DNA of 64,000 nt from Minisyncoccota bacterium (GCA_041660505.1 JBAZWG010000001.1:375183-439182); one strand, 5' to 3'; positions 31,667 to 40,410 are shown, counted from the stretch's first letter. Numbers and translations: made by a program. The notes: generated from the letters alone by a model not told the origin.

Positions 31667-31838
31667 AATGCGTCCTTTCCTCCGATTTATGCCTCGGAGC
31701 ACGGCTTTGGATTCAAGACCACGTTGGGCCCTGAAATTTTCACTCGAATTTTCAAGTGGAAATTTCAGGGTAAAGGATATTTATAAGAACATTCTTCCGT
31801 GAACGTTTTCCTCACGACTAAAAACACAAGGTCGGTGT

Positions 31839-31903
31839 CCGAGGTCTCACCTCTGGCCTGTCTGCTTATTGCAGACTTGGGTTGGCCTGAGGAGAGACCT
31901 CGG
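31839..31903. repeat. Family-1 palindromic element (long-loop form), non-coding
   Basis: ccgaggtctcacctc-(35 nt)-gaggagagacctcgg. Confidence 0.75.
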
Positions 31904-32660
31904 ACGCGCAAACATTTTGCGTTCTTGGTCGTGAGGCTGAACATATGTTCAGCCTCCTTCTTTCCCTGTCGAACAACGCCTTGGCTATTTGCCTCGGACT
32001 TACTCGCTCGCAGGGTATTCTGTTGTCAAATAACCCGGTCGTTCTGTTGCATGCTATTACCCATACAACTTCAGATTCTCTTCGTTACTCCCCGCCTGCC
32101 ATCGCCTGAAGCTCAGGCTTTGGCGGGCAGGTCTCCTCAAAAGTTCTCTCCTCTTTTGGATTAACGATGCCGTTTGGTTCTCTCCTCACTTCTATCAGTG
32201 AGTGTCGGGGACGGAAGTTGGATGTCCTTCTGTCCCGACGCACTCATTGCTAGCGCATATACTGAATGTATCATTGCCTCCGCTTCTCTCTTTCTTAACC
32301 CTACTTGCCGGTTAGGGCGACCGTCCGGGGCTTTGGTATTGGCATACCTCGCCTTGTCCGGATCAGAGTTGAACGGTGTTACATTCTGTCGTATATGACC
32401 CTTGCGGGATTTTTGTAAAGACCTAATGCTTCCCTCTCCTCCTTGTCCGCCGGTGAGGCGGGTTATCTTATATAGAGAGAAGATTGTGTCCGACTTGCTG
32501 TCCGCTCCAATCTTCTATCTGTATTTTTTAACTGGCATAATCATACGCTAGCCTTGCCAGATTGTCAATACTATGTGATAGTTTATGGCATTTAGCGTCA
32601 TAAAGCCTTGATATTAGCCAAAATAGTGGCTTTATTGTGTTATCAGAGTGTCAAACTGTA

Positions 32661-32689
32661 TTGACAAGTAAAAGTCAAGATGATAGTAT
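32661..32689 (+). promoter_or_regulatory. Consensus sigma70-type promoter for TrmB-like gene 32759, with TGTCAA/TTGACA palindromes
   Basis: TTGACA-17 nt-TAGTAT. Upstream gtgtcaaactgtattgacaag and attgtcaatac inverted repeats overlap the -35. Confidence 0.6.
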
Positions 32690-32693
32690 GGCC

Positions 32694-32754
32694 GAGGAGA
32701 GACCTCTGGCTTGCCGTCTTATCGCCGGCTTTAATCAGCCCGAGGACTCACCTC
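32694..32754. repeat. Family-1 palindromic element forming the 5' UTR of the TrmB-like gene
   Basis: gaggagagacctc-(35 nt)-gaggactcacctc, starting ~5 nt after the -10 and ending 4 nt before the ATG. Confidence 0.75.
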
Positions 32755-32758
32755 ATCT

Positions 32759-33583
32759 ATGGGCGCAATATACAAAGAGAATCTGGTTCAGATAGGCTTA
32801 TCCGATAAGGAGGCGGTGGTCTATGAGGCCTTGCTCGGAGGTAAAGAGAACAGTATCGGCCAGTTATTGCATAAAATCCCCGAGATTAAGCGCCCCAATA
32901 TGTATGCCCTGCTCTATAGCCTTAAAGGCAAGGGGTTGGTGCAAGAGGTAGAGAAAAAGGGCAAAAAGGTCTTCACGCCGGAATCGCCCCAAAAGCTTGT
33001 CGACTTCGTCGATGCCAGAGGCTTCGAATATGAGCAAGCCAGGACAAATCTCGATTCCGCTCTCCCCTCTCTCATCTCGCAGTTCAATCTAGCCTCCGGC
33101 AAGCCGAACGTGCAGTTTTATGAGGGCGAGAAGGGTATGGAGAAAGTGGTCTTTGACTCGCTCACCTCAAAAACTGAAATACTTTCTTACGTCGACCACG
33201 AAGCGGTTGAGAAGTACTTCGCATCGTTCAACTCTCGCTATGTGGCCGAGCGCATAAAGAAAAATATTAAAAAGAAAATCATTGCGCTTGATACGCCCAG
33301 TATTCGCGAGGCGGCTAAGACGAGATATAATCCGGAATACACCGATGCCCGTGTTATCAGTGCCAGTAAATATGCGTTTGCGACAGTAATGCAAATCTAC
33401 GACGGCAAGGTGTCGTATCAAACATTAGACGAGAAGCAACTGGTCGGCGTAATAATTCAGGACGAGCGCATTTATAAAATGCATAAAGCTCTTTTCGAGT
33501 ACACGTGGGAGACGGCAGAGAATATTATGCCGCCTTCAACTCTTCCTGCTCTACCGACGCCTGATCTTCCCGCAGTAATGTAA
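32759..33583 (+). CDS. TrmB-family transcriptional regulator (copy 3)
   Basis: N-terminal wHTH IGLSDKEAVVYEALL…IPEIKRPNMYALLYSLKGKGLV plus C-terminal TrmB-like domain. 274 aa. Confidence 0.75.
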   Translation: MGAIYKENLVQIGLSDKEAVVYEALLGGKENSIGQLLHKIPEIKRPNMYALLYSLKGKGLVQEVEKKGKKVFTPESPQKLVDFVDARGFEYEQARTNLDSALPSLISQFNLASGKPNVQFYEGEKGMEKVVFDSLTSKTEILSYVDHEAVEKYFASFNSRYVAERIKKNIKKKIIALDTPSIREAAKTRYNPEYTDARVISASKYAFATVMQIYDGKVSYQTLDEKQLVGVIIQDERIYKMHKALFEYTWETAENIMPPSTLPALPTPDLPAVM

Positions 33584-35741
33584 AATATTCTTGTTTCCCG
33601 CGCAACGTCCGGCCGGTGGTCACGAATTTATTTTTGAGTGTATAATGCGCGAGCATTGGGCTGTCGACGGCAACTATCGCTTCTACCGGCGCGCGTCTCG
33701 CCTCTTGATCCAGAATAGTATCAAATAATGCGGTACCGAGAGAATATCCCTGCACGGATGGATCTGTAGAAAATGAACCGACGTAAGTGTGGCCGTTTTC
33801 GAGCGTCATAAATCGCACAAAGGCCACGACCTTGTCGCCCACTTTAAGCAAGTGGAAGCGCTGTTTTTCGTCTCGCAGAACTTCATCAAATTCGCGCAAA
33901 AGAACGTCTTTGGTCTCATTATCATATCGTCCGCGCGTGCGGTCGAAGATATCCCGCATTTGAGCACGTTCTGCATTGTTAAGTTCGCTTCCCAACTTCG
34001 TCTCAACGTGAGATGAAATAAGCTCATTGATGGGCAAATCGCCGGATTTCTTCGCCTCTTTGCAAACCGTAGCGAATAAGACTACATCTTTTTTAATACC
34101 GCGGAGTTCTTCTATTGCCTCGTGGCAGGTATGCATTATCTCTCCTTCTTTCACACCCTCCAGTTTTTTCACGGTATTATCGAGAAGCGCCTTGCATCTG
34201 GATAGCATTAAGCTGACTAATTCATCTTTTTGTTCCGGTGTTATTTCTTGACCAAAAGTAATCGCCACATAATCACTGAACTCATCTGATGCTCTAATAA
34301 TTTCTGCAGTCTTTGCAAAAATCACGCTCCCTAGTGCGGAAGGAACTTTTTCAGCTAGGTAAGTTATACTCTCTGTTGCGTCAGCGCCGACCGCATTAGT
34401 AAGAAAAGTTTTTAGAAAATTGACACCGTATTTTTCCGCACCTTGAACGATTTTCTCTTTCATTTCCGAATCTTTTTCTATCGTGTTGCCGAGCCATATC
34501 TGTTCACGCATATTTAATTTGTCGTGGATACCTATTCCGGTTCGCACAGATAATTCCAGAGAAAGATCTTTCACCTTCTTGCGGCTGGCGATTGCGAACT
34601 TTCTTTCTTCGCATTCTTTCGGGGTTTCTCCGGGCAGGCAAATTGATGTCGGCAATATCTGCTCGCCCTTTTTAAGCGAAAAGGAAACTCTGCTTCTGTC
34701 ATTTTTCATCTCAATCATTTTCCTAGCTATATCTTCTTCGTCTGCGAGCAACACTATATACTCTTCTGTTCCATCTTCGTTAAACAGCATGGCCATACCT
34801 TTTTCGAGCATTGTAGTCTTCCAGCCGGCGAACTCTCTCCCGAGAATATATTTAGCACCATTTATGTAGGCTACTCCATTTTTTGCGACTGTTTTCTCTT
34901 TACTTACCTCTGTGCCCGCTATATCTTTCATAACCCGAAAGTCTTCCGGCCTAAAAAGTCCTTTTTCAATCAATCTGGGACAATGGTCTCTTAGGAATCG
35001 CCACGGCGATTCTTCGAAAGTCCCGGAAGTGCCGCCTATCTGGCCGTATTTCCTTGTAAAGGCATAAGCAGAAAAAGGAATCCTCTCGCCATCCTGGATT
35101 ATTGTCAATCGCCCAGAATTGTCGCGTTCTGCAGCCAGCTCTCCAAATATTTTTTCTGTCAGAAACAGCTCGGCCAAACTTATGCTATTTCCGTCAGGCA
35201 GCACAATCTGATAATCCCATTTATGGTTGCCTCCAACATCCCACAGACCCAATTGAAAATCGGGGTAGTGCGCCTGAACATAGTCCGGATCTAGCGCATC
35301 TTTTATGGTCGGCGGTAGGTAAAAAAGCGGCCGTGACAAATCTGAAATGTCATTATCGTCTTCATCAAGCTCTTTTAAGTCAGCATAATTAACTACTTTT
35401 TCGCCCCTTAAATTTTCGAACAATTCGCTGCGGGACATCTCTCCTAGCTTTTCTACCCCCTTGGTATAATACTTGCTAAAAGCAAGGCGTCTTAATTTTT
35501 CCAAATTAACAACAGGTATCCCATCTATTTCTTGCCATATTCCCAATTGTTCCAATCGCTTTATGAGTTTATCTTTCATGGGGACCGCGACTTCCCTCCC
35601 AAGCGTCTTCTGTCCATGTTTTATCTCATAAGCTGTAGTCTTGCCTATATCATACTTCTCCATCAGATCTTTGGCTGACAAAGACCTGTCTTCTTCCGGG
35701 ATTTCTATTTTATTACTTTCTTCGCGACTGAATGATTCCAT
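33525..35741 (-). CDS. Large hypothetical protein with C-terminal GNAT-like acetyltransferase fold
   Basis: 738 aa. C-terminal ~150 aa resemble a GNAT fold (…VAFVRFMTLENGHTYVGSFSTDPSVQGYSLGTALFDTIL…). Convergent with and overlapping the TrmB-like gene. Confidence 0.55.
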   Translation of the reverse strand: MESFSREESNKIEIPEEDRSLSAKDLMEKYDIGKTTAYEIKHGQKTLGREVAVPMKDKLIKRLEQLGIWQEIDGIPVVNLEKLRRLAFSKYYTKGVEKLGEMSRSELFENLRGEKVVNYADLKELDEDDNDISDLSRPLFYLPPTIKDALDPDYVQAHYPDFQLGLWDVGGNHKWDYQIVLPDGNSISLAELFLTEKIFGELAAERDNSGRLTIIQDGERIPFSAYAFTRKYGQIGGTSGTFEESPWRFLRDHCPRLIEKGLFRPEDFRVMKDIAGTEVSKEKTVAKNGVAYINGAKYILGREFAGWKTTMLEKGMAMLFNEDGTEEYIVLLADEEDIARKMIEMKNDRSRVSFSLKKGEQILPTSICLPGETPKECEERKFAIASRKKVKDLSLELSVRTGIGIHDKLNMREQIWLGNTIEKDSEMKEKIVQGAEKYGVNFLKTFLTNAVGADATESITYLAEKVPSALGSVIFAKTAEIIRASDEFSDYVAITFGQEITPEQKDELVSLMLSRCKALLDNTVKKLEGVKEGEIMHTCHEAIEELRGIKKDVVLFATVCKEAKKSGDLPINELISSHVETKLGSELNNAERAQMRDIFDRTRGRYDNETKDVLLREFDEVLRDEKQRFHLLKVGDKVVAFVRFMTLENGHTYVGSFSTDPSVQGYSLGTALFDTILDQEARRAPVEAIVAVDSPMLAHYTLKNKFVTTGRTLRGKQEYFTLLREDQASVEQEELKAA

Positions 35742-35760
35742 GACGGAATGTTGAGTTAAG

Positions 35761-36009
35761 CTACTTTGACTTCCTCTCCCGCTTGCTGAAGTAGTAGATA
35801 TACAATATTTCTAAGATTCCCATCGTGTTGACGATAAGCAAGGCGACGAACCAGACTTTGTCATTCTTGTGCGCTGCCTTCCAGAGGGCAATACCCTTCA
35901 AGGCGATTACAGCGACGAAAGCCGCAGCCAATATTACCGTCACGGCAAGAACCTGCGGGTTACTCAAGTCCCAAGTACCCGTTCGAAAAATAGAGGCAAT
36001 TGATTGCAT
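35761..36009 (-). CDS. Small membrane protein, PLDc_N-like
   Basis: 82 aa, two TM helices, …VWFVALLIVNTMGILEILYIYYFSKRE resembles the PLD nuclease N-terminal domain family. Confidence 0.4.
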   Translation of the reverse strand: MQSIASIFRTGTWDLSNPQVLAVTVILAAAFVAVIALKGIALWKAAHKNDKVWFVALLIVNTMGILEILYIYYFSKRERKSK

Positions 36010-36033
36010 ATATTTTGATATTAGCTATTAAGG

Positions 36034-36105
36034 TCGGGGCGCCGGGAATCGGACCCGGTCTACATGCTCCCAAAGCACGCGTACTACCGGTATACTACGC
36101 CCCGA
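36034..36105 (-). tRNA. tRNA-Pro (anticodon TGG)
   Basis: Reverse complement: acceptor CGGGGCG/CGCCCCG, same D-arm as the other Pro tRNAs, anticodon loop TTTGGGA. Confidence 0.8.
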
Positions 36106-36142
36106 GTAGTTGAGCTACTTTAGCACAAATACATAAGAGACA

Positions 36143-36583
36143 CTAGCAGATATCAATGTCCTCTAGGATGCGGACGCGGCCTACATGCGCCTCCCTATCC
36201 ACTTCTACTGTTACCACGTCTAATTGCCAATCAGGCTCTTCGTCTTCGTCGTCTGGATATTTAGATAGTAAATAGACTTCTATCGTTCTGCGTAGCCTCT
36301 TGAGCTTCCAGGGGTGCACGTTCTCTTCGGCTTCATAGTCTTCGTCGTCTGGATCCGAGGAGAGACCTCCGCCTTTGCCGGAGGACTCTCCTCGGATTTT
36401 GTCGGCCGTCACCGATTTTACTTCGACAAAGTGCAAATTGCCGTCTTTTAGCGCGATAATGTCAATTTCACCATATTTCTTGCGGTAATTACGCTCTATT
36501 ACTGTATATCCATGGCGCTCCAGATAGGTCGTGGCGCAGTTCTCCCCTATTTGGCCGATAACTTGCTTGTCGGTTTGAGCCAT
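36143..36583 (-). CDS. yraN: YraN-family (UPF0102) endonuclease with in-frame family-1 element
   Basis: GENCATTYLERHGYTVIERNYR…GEIDIIALKDGNLHFVEVKS…. Insert encodes GESSGKGGGLSS. Confidence 0.8.
   Translation of the reverse strand: MAQTDKQVIGQIGENCATTYLERHGYTVIERNYRKKYGEIDIIALKDGNLHFVEVKSVTADKIRGESSGKGGGLSSDPDDEDYEAEENVHPWKLKRLRRTIEVYLLSKYPDDEDEEPDWQLDVVTVEVDREAHVGRVRILEDIDIC
36356..36395. repeat. Family-1 palindromic element in-frame inside yraN
   Basis: cgaggagagacctcc-gcctttgcc-ggaggactctcctcgg; near reverse-complement identical to the pcrA copy. Confidence 0.85.
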
Positions 36584-36720
36584 ATTTTATGGGTCAAGTC
36601 TTATATGCAATGTCTGTTATCCCCACTGTACACAGACTTATCCACAGTTTTCTGTGTGTAACGTTTATTTCTGTGGGCTGTCTTTATATTTAGAGACACA
36701 TTGGGTGTCTTAGACTTTGG

Positions 36721-36791
36721 TGCGGCCAGGGAGAATCGGACTCCCGCCTGCTCGTTGGCAACGAGCCGTCCTACCATTAAACTATGGCCGC
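36721..36791 (-). tRNA. tRNA-Gly (anticodon GCC)
   Basis: Reverse complement: acceptor GCGGCCA/TGGCCGC, anticodon loop TTGCCAA, T-loop GAGTCCGATTCTC. Confidence 0.8.
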
Positions 36792-36857
36792 TTTTTCAAT
36801 TATGCAATTCTACACTTTTTTTACTGAAACCTCAAGCACTTTTCTAAAAAACACTTG

Positions 36858-36929
36858 TGCACCCGGAGGGATTCGAACCCCCAAAGACAGCTTCGAAGGC
36901 TGTAGTGATATCCGTTTCACCACGGGTGC
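36858..36929 (-). tRNA. tRNA-Arg (anticodon TCG)
   Basis: Reverse complement: acceptor GCACCCG/CGGGTGC, anticodon stem ACAGC/GCTGT with loop CTTCGAA, short variable loop, T-loop GGGGGTTCGAATCCCTC. Confidence 0.75.
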
Positions 36930-37021
36930 TTAAACAAGAAGTATATATGGTATTCCGACTTTTTACCAGTGGATTAATTGGTATACGCACTTTACTTCAG
37001 ATTTTCTCTTGATATAATTAA

Positions 37022-39388
37022 TTGATGAGGCCCGGGCCGAAACCAAAGATATACATTTCTACTGAGTGGTCTAGCAACCTCGCTTATGCAGTTGGTCTTA
37101 TCACTGCTGATGGCTGTCTGTCAAAGGATGGCCGCCATATTGACTTTACATCAAAAGACCCAGATCAAATAGAAACCTTTATCAGGTGCCTCGGACTTCA
37201 CTCACTTGTTAGACCAAAGAAATCCGGTGCTGGAAGGTTTGCATTTCGAACCCAGTTTGGGAATGTATCGTTTTACAGATTTCTATTAGGCATTGGACTA
37301 ACGCCCGCAAAATCGAAAACTATTTCGAAACTTGAAATTCCCGACGAATATTTCTGGGATTTCATGCGTGGATATTTCGATGGTGACGGCACGAGCTTTT
37401 CGTATTTTGATCCGGTATTTCCTAAAAGCTATCGTTTTTATGTTGCTTTCGCTTCGGCAAGTGAGCCATATCTACTTTGGCTACAAGAGAAGGCATATAG
37501 GTCCGCAGGGTTAAAAGGCTACATTAACAGAGGCGTTAACCCTTCAAGCCTACAACTCAAGTATGCGAAGAAAGAAGCAATAGTCTTATGTCAAAAAATG
37601 TATTATGATGATAGCGCTCCCAGACTCCAAAGAAAATACGAGAAAATCTTGGATTCGATGAGCATTATTAACAGCAAACGCCGGGGTGGTGAAATTGGTA
37701 TACACGCAGCGTTCAGAACGCTGTGGGGGCAACCCCATGGAGGTTCAAGTCCTCTCTCCGGCACTTTTAACTCATTTCACGTGAAAAATAAGAAAGAATC
37801 TCCAGCTTACTATATCCCCTCCCATGTTCTGGGGGTTGTAACTACTTTACAAAAGGCCGGCTTCGAGGCATATCTCGTCGGTGGCTGTGTGCGCGATATA
37901 TTGATGGAGAACAAGCCAAAAGACTGGGATGTTACGACAAACGCCCGCCCGGAGCAGATCCAAGCCCTATTTAACGAGACTTTCTATGAAAACGAGTATG
38001 GCACGGTCGGCGTCGTGGTAGAAGACCTTTCACGTGAAAAGCTCAATATCGTTTCACAAGAAACGTTTGATGAGCTTTCACGTGAAAGCATGGAAGCCTT
38101 AGAGGTCGAACCTCGGGCTCCCAGAGGTTCGACCTCGGGCGCAGACCCAAGCCCGAAAGAGGTGATCGAGGTTACACCTTATAGGCTAGAAACCAAGTAT
38201 TCCAACTTTCGCCATCCGGACGCTGTCACCTTTAGCACCAGTCTGGGGGACGACCTGAAACGCCGGGATCTGACCATCAATGCCATCGCTTATGACCCCA
38301 ATAGCCCTAAAGGACAGTTTATAGACCCCTTTAACGGTCTAAAGGACATAAAGGACATGGTAATCCGCGCCGTAGGAGAGCCCTCGGACCGCTTCTGCGA
38401 GGATGCTTTGCGCATGATGCGTGCGGTGCGCCTGGCCGCCCAGCTCGGCTTTATGATTGACCCTGCGACCGAGCAAGCGATTGTTGCGAACAAGGCGCTT
38501 ATCACTAAGATAGCGGCCGAGCGTATCCATGACGAACTTATGAAGCTTTTAAATACCGAGTACGCGGTTGATGGCATTAGGTATCTAAAGATTACCGGCC
38601 TTCTTGAACTTATAATCCCTGAACTTCTTGAGGGGATAGGCATAGAGCAGAGAGGGGAGCATATCTATGACGTCTGGGAGCATAACCTCAAGTCGCTCGA
38701 ACACGCCGTCAAGAAGGGTTGGCCATTTCACGTGAGACTTGCAGTGCTGTTACACGACGTGGGCAAGCCGCGTACGCGCTTGCGCGATGAGGAGAGGCAA
38801 ATCTGGACATTCCATGGCCATGATGTGGTCGGTGGCAAGATGACCAAAAAGATACTTGAACGGCTCAAATTTTCACGTGAAATGATTGATAATATTTCTA
38901 AACTAGTGCGTTATCATCTTTTCTTCTCCGATACCGATAAAATCACGCTTTCTGCCGTACGCCGGATGATTCGCAACGTCGGCGCTGATTTGATATGGGA
39001 TTTAATGAAGGTGCGCCAGTGCGACAGAATAGGCACGGGCCGGCCCAAAGAAAGTCCTTATAGACTGCGCAAATACGAAGCGATGATAGAAGAGGCAATG
39101 CGCGATCCAATATCGGTGCAGATGTTAAAGATTGACGGCGCGAAGATAATGGAAATAGGGGAGATGGACCCCGGGCCGAAGATTGGCTGGGTGTTGCACG
39201 CCTTACTTGAGGAAGTACTAGAAGACCCGGCTAAGAATACGACAGAGTATCTGGAGACTCATACTAAAAAATTATTGGCACTTTCTGACAAGGAATTACA
39301 AGAACTCGGTGAAGCGGGAAAGGAGAAGAAGTCAGGGCTTGAAGAAGCGGCTATAGAAGAAATCAACAAGAGACACTACGTGAAGTAA
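37022..39388 (+). CDS. cca: CCA-adding enzyme (tRNA nucleotidyltransferase, HD domain) with an N-terminal LAGLIDADG homing-endonuclease-like domain and internal repeat-derived insert
   Basis: Residues ~1-210: two LAGLIDADG motifs (LAYAVGLITADGCL; FMRGYFDGDGTSF). Residues ~270-788: pol-beta nucleotidyltransferase (GGCVRDILM…DWDVTT), RRDLTINA, HD domain (LLHDVGKP). One continuous 788-aa ORF. Confidence 0.85.
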   Translation: MMRPGPKPKIYISTEWSSNLAYAVGLITADGCLSKDGRHIDFTSKDPDQIETFIRCLGLHSLVRPKKSGAGRFAFRTQFGNVSFYRFLLGIGLTPAKSKTISKLEIPDEYFWDFMRGYFDGDGTSFSYFDPVFPKSYRFYVAFASASEPYLLWLQEKAYRSAGLKGYINRGVNPSSLQLKYAKKEAIVLCQKMYYDDSAPRLQRKYEKILDSMSIINSKRRGGEIGIHAAFRTLWGQPHGGSSPLSGTFNSFHVKNKKESPAYYIPSHVLGVVTTLQKAGFEAYLVGGCVRDILMENKPKDWDVTTNARPEQIQALFNETFYENEYGTVGVVVEDLSREKLNIVSQETFDELSRESMEALEVEPRAPRGSTSGADPSPKEVIEVTPYRLETKYSNFRHPDAVTFSTSLGDDLKRRDLTINAIAYDPNSPKGQFIDPFNGLKDIKDMVIRAVGEPSDRFCEDALRMMRAVRLAAQLGFMIDPATEQAIVANKALITKIAAERIHDELMKLLNTEYAVDGIRYLKITGLLELIIPELLEGIGIEQRGEHIYDVWEHNLKSLEHAVKKGWPFHVRLAVLLHDVGKPRTRLRDEERQIWTFHGHDVVGGKMTKKILERLKFSREMIDNISKLVRYHLFFSDTDKITLSAVRRMIRNVGADLIWDLMKVRQCDRIGTGRPKESPYRLRKYEAMIEEAMRDPISVQMLKIDGAKIMEIGEMDPGPKIGWVLHALLEEVLEDPAKNTTEYLETHTKKLLALSDKELQELGEAGKEKKSGLEEAAIEEINKRHYVK
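37775..38902. repeat. Cluster of five TTTCACGTGAAA 12-bp palindromes inside the CCA gene
   Basis: Copies at 37775, 38028, 38076, 38726 (tttcacgtgaga) and 38891, in two different codon phases. Confidence 0.8.
38103..38140. repeat. Family-3 paired palindrome element, in-frame inside the CCA gene
   Basis: gaggtcgaacctcggg-ctccca-gaggttcgacctcggg, encoding LEVEPRAPRGSTSG. Confidence 0.7.
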
Positions 39389-39409
39389 GAAGTGCGTGAT
39401 ACAATAGCA

Positions 39410-39445
39410 AAGGTTCAACCTTAGGCATTCAAAAGGTTGAACCTT
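39410..39445. repeat. Family-3 paired palindrome element, intergenic
   Basis: aaggttcaacctt-aggcattcaa-aaggttgaacctt. Confidence 0.8.
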
Positions 39446-39453
39446 AAAATCGT

Positions 39454-40410
39454 ATGCTTACTGCCGACAAGTATATTGTGCGCGTCATAAACGATGCGCG
39501 ATTGCCCGACATTGAACTTTTTACCGATCCCGAACAGGGGATTGCTATTAGCGTAGAAGGAATTGCGATACCCACGGAACGCAACCGCGTAGCACGAAGC
39601 GCGAAAGAAATAATTCAACGCGCGCTAGGACTGCTCTCGCTCGATACGCCTAAGGCAATCGTCCACAACACTATCTCATTATTAAAACGCGAGCTCGCCG
39701 AACATTTTAGTAAAAAATCAGGTGTATCAAGCGCGCATACTGCCGTTATTAAATTTGCCTGGGATGAGGCACGCGGGCGAGTTGTGGCGATAGGCGAGAG
39801 CGATGGCGGTATAAAGAATTGCGCTTACAAAAAAGGGAAGTTTGGCCTCTTGGGTAAGGAATTATCGGCCGACCCCGGCGACATATTCATGCAATGTTCA
39901 CCGAGCATCTTATCCAACGTTGACGTGTCGGTAATGAAAGAGATTTTGTCTTTTCGCAAGCAACACGATTTGTCGCTTGAGCAAATTCGCCATTTACTCA
40001 TCGAATCCGCCCACAATAATCTCGAGAAGTTCCGCCACACCCCGCTCTATGACCCGCGCGACATGTCTGTTGTATTAATGGAATATGGTCCAGTTCGCGA
40101 ATTTGCCGGCAAGGTCTCTCCTCCCGAAAATATTTTCATGGGAGGTGAGACCTTAGAGAAGTCGCCGGCGAACCCTCTTCAGCAGTTTGGCTTCAGTGAT
40201 TTATTGTTACCCGAGGGCGCAACCAAGGACGACGCGCTCGTAAATTTACAGAAAGTTAGGAACAGGCTAGGGGAGTTAGGCTATGAAGCAAAGATAAAGC
40301 CGCACCACTATGCCGAATTACCCAAGCGTGGCGATCTGCAGAAAGTGGTCAAACGCGCACATGACATACTAGAAGCAGCAGAACTGCGCGAGTACCTAAA
40401 CAATATTTAG
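39454..40410 (+). CDS. Hypothetical protein with in-frame family-1 element
   Basis: 318 aa ORF; insert encodes AGKVSPPENIFMGGETLEKS. Confidence 0.5.
   Translation: MLTADKYIVRVINDARLPDIELFTDPEQGIAISVEGIAIPTERNRVARSAKEIIQRALGLLSLDTPKAIVHNTISLLKRELAEHFSKKSGVSSAHTAVIKFAWDEARGRVVAIGESDGGIKNCAYKKGKFGLLGKELSADPGDIFMQCSPSILSNVDVSVMKEILSFRKQHDLSLEQIRHLLIESAHNNLEKFRHTPLYDPRDMSVVLMEYGPVREFAGKVSPPENIFMGGETLEKSPANPLQQFGFSDLLLPEGATKDDALVNLQKVRNRLGELGYEAKIKPHHYAELPKRGDLQKVVKRAHDILEAAELREYLNNI
40111..40154. repeat. Family-1 palindromic element in-frame inside the hypothetical gene
   Basis: aaggtctctcctccc-gaaaatattttcat-gggaggtgagacctt. Confidence 0.8.

Noticed and set aside
31700-32660. rRNA fragment, RNase P RNA, tmRNA or SRP RNA in the ORF-free GC-rich stretch
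   Set aside because: None of the conserved blocks is present on either strand: GGAAAGTCCGGGC for RNase P, the tRNA-like T-arm/ACCA end for tmRNA, GGAAGCAGCC for the SRP domain IV, or rRNA signature motifs. It is left as unassigned structured DNA
36600-36720. Replication origin
   Set aside because: Only 2-3 DnaA-box-like 9-mers, no adjacent dnaA/dnaN, and no AT-rich unwinding element pattern beyond the normal intergenic AT content
37022-37700. LAGLIDADG domain as an intein within the CCA enzyme
   Set aside because: The domain is at the extreme N-terminus (no N-extein), and no intein splicing blocks (N-terminal Cys/Ser, terminal HN plus nucleophile) are recognisable. It is treated as a fusion
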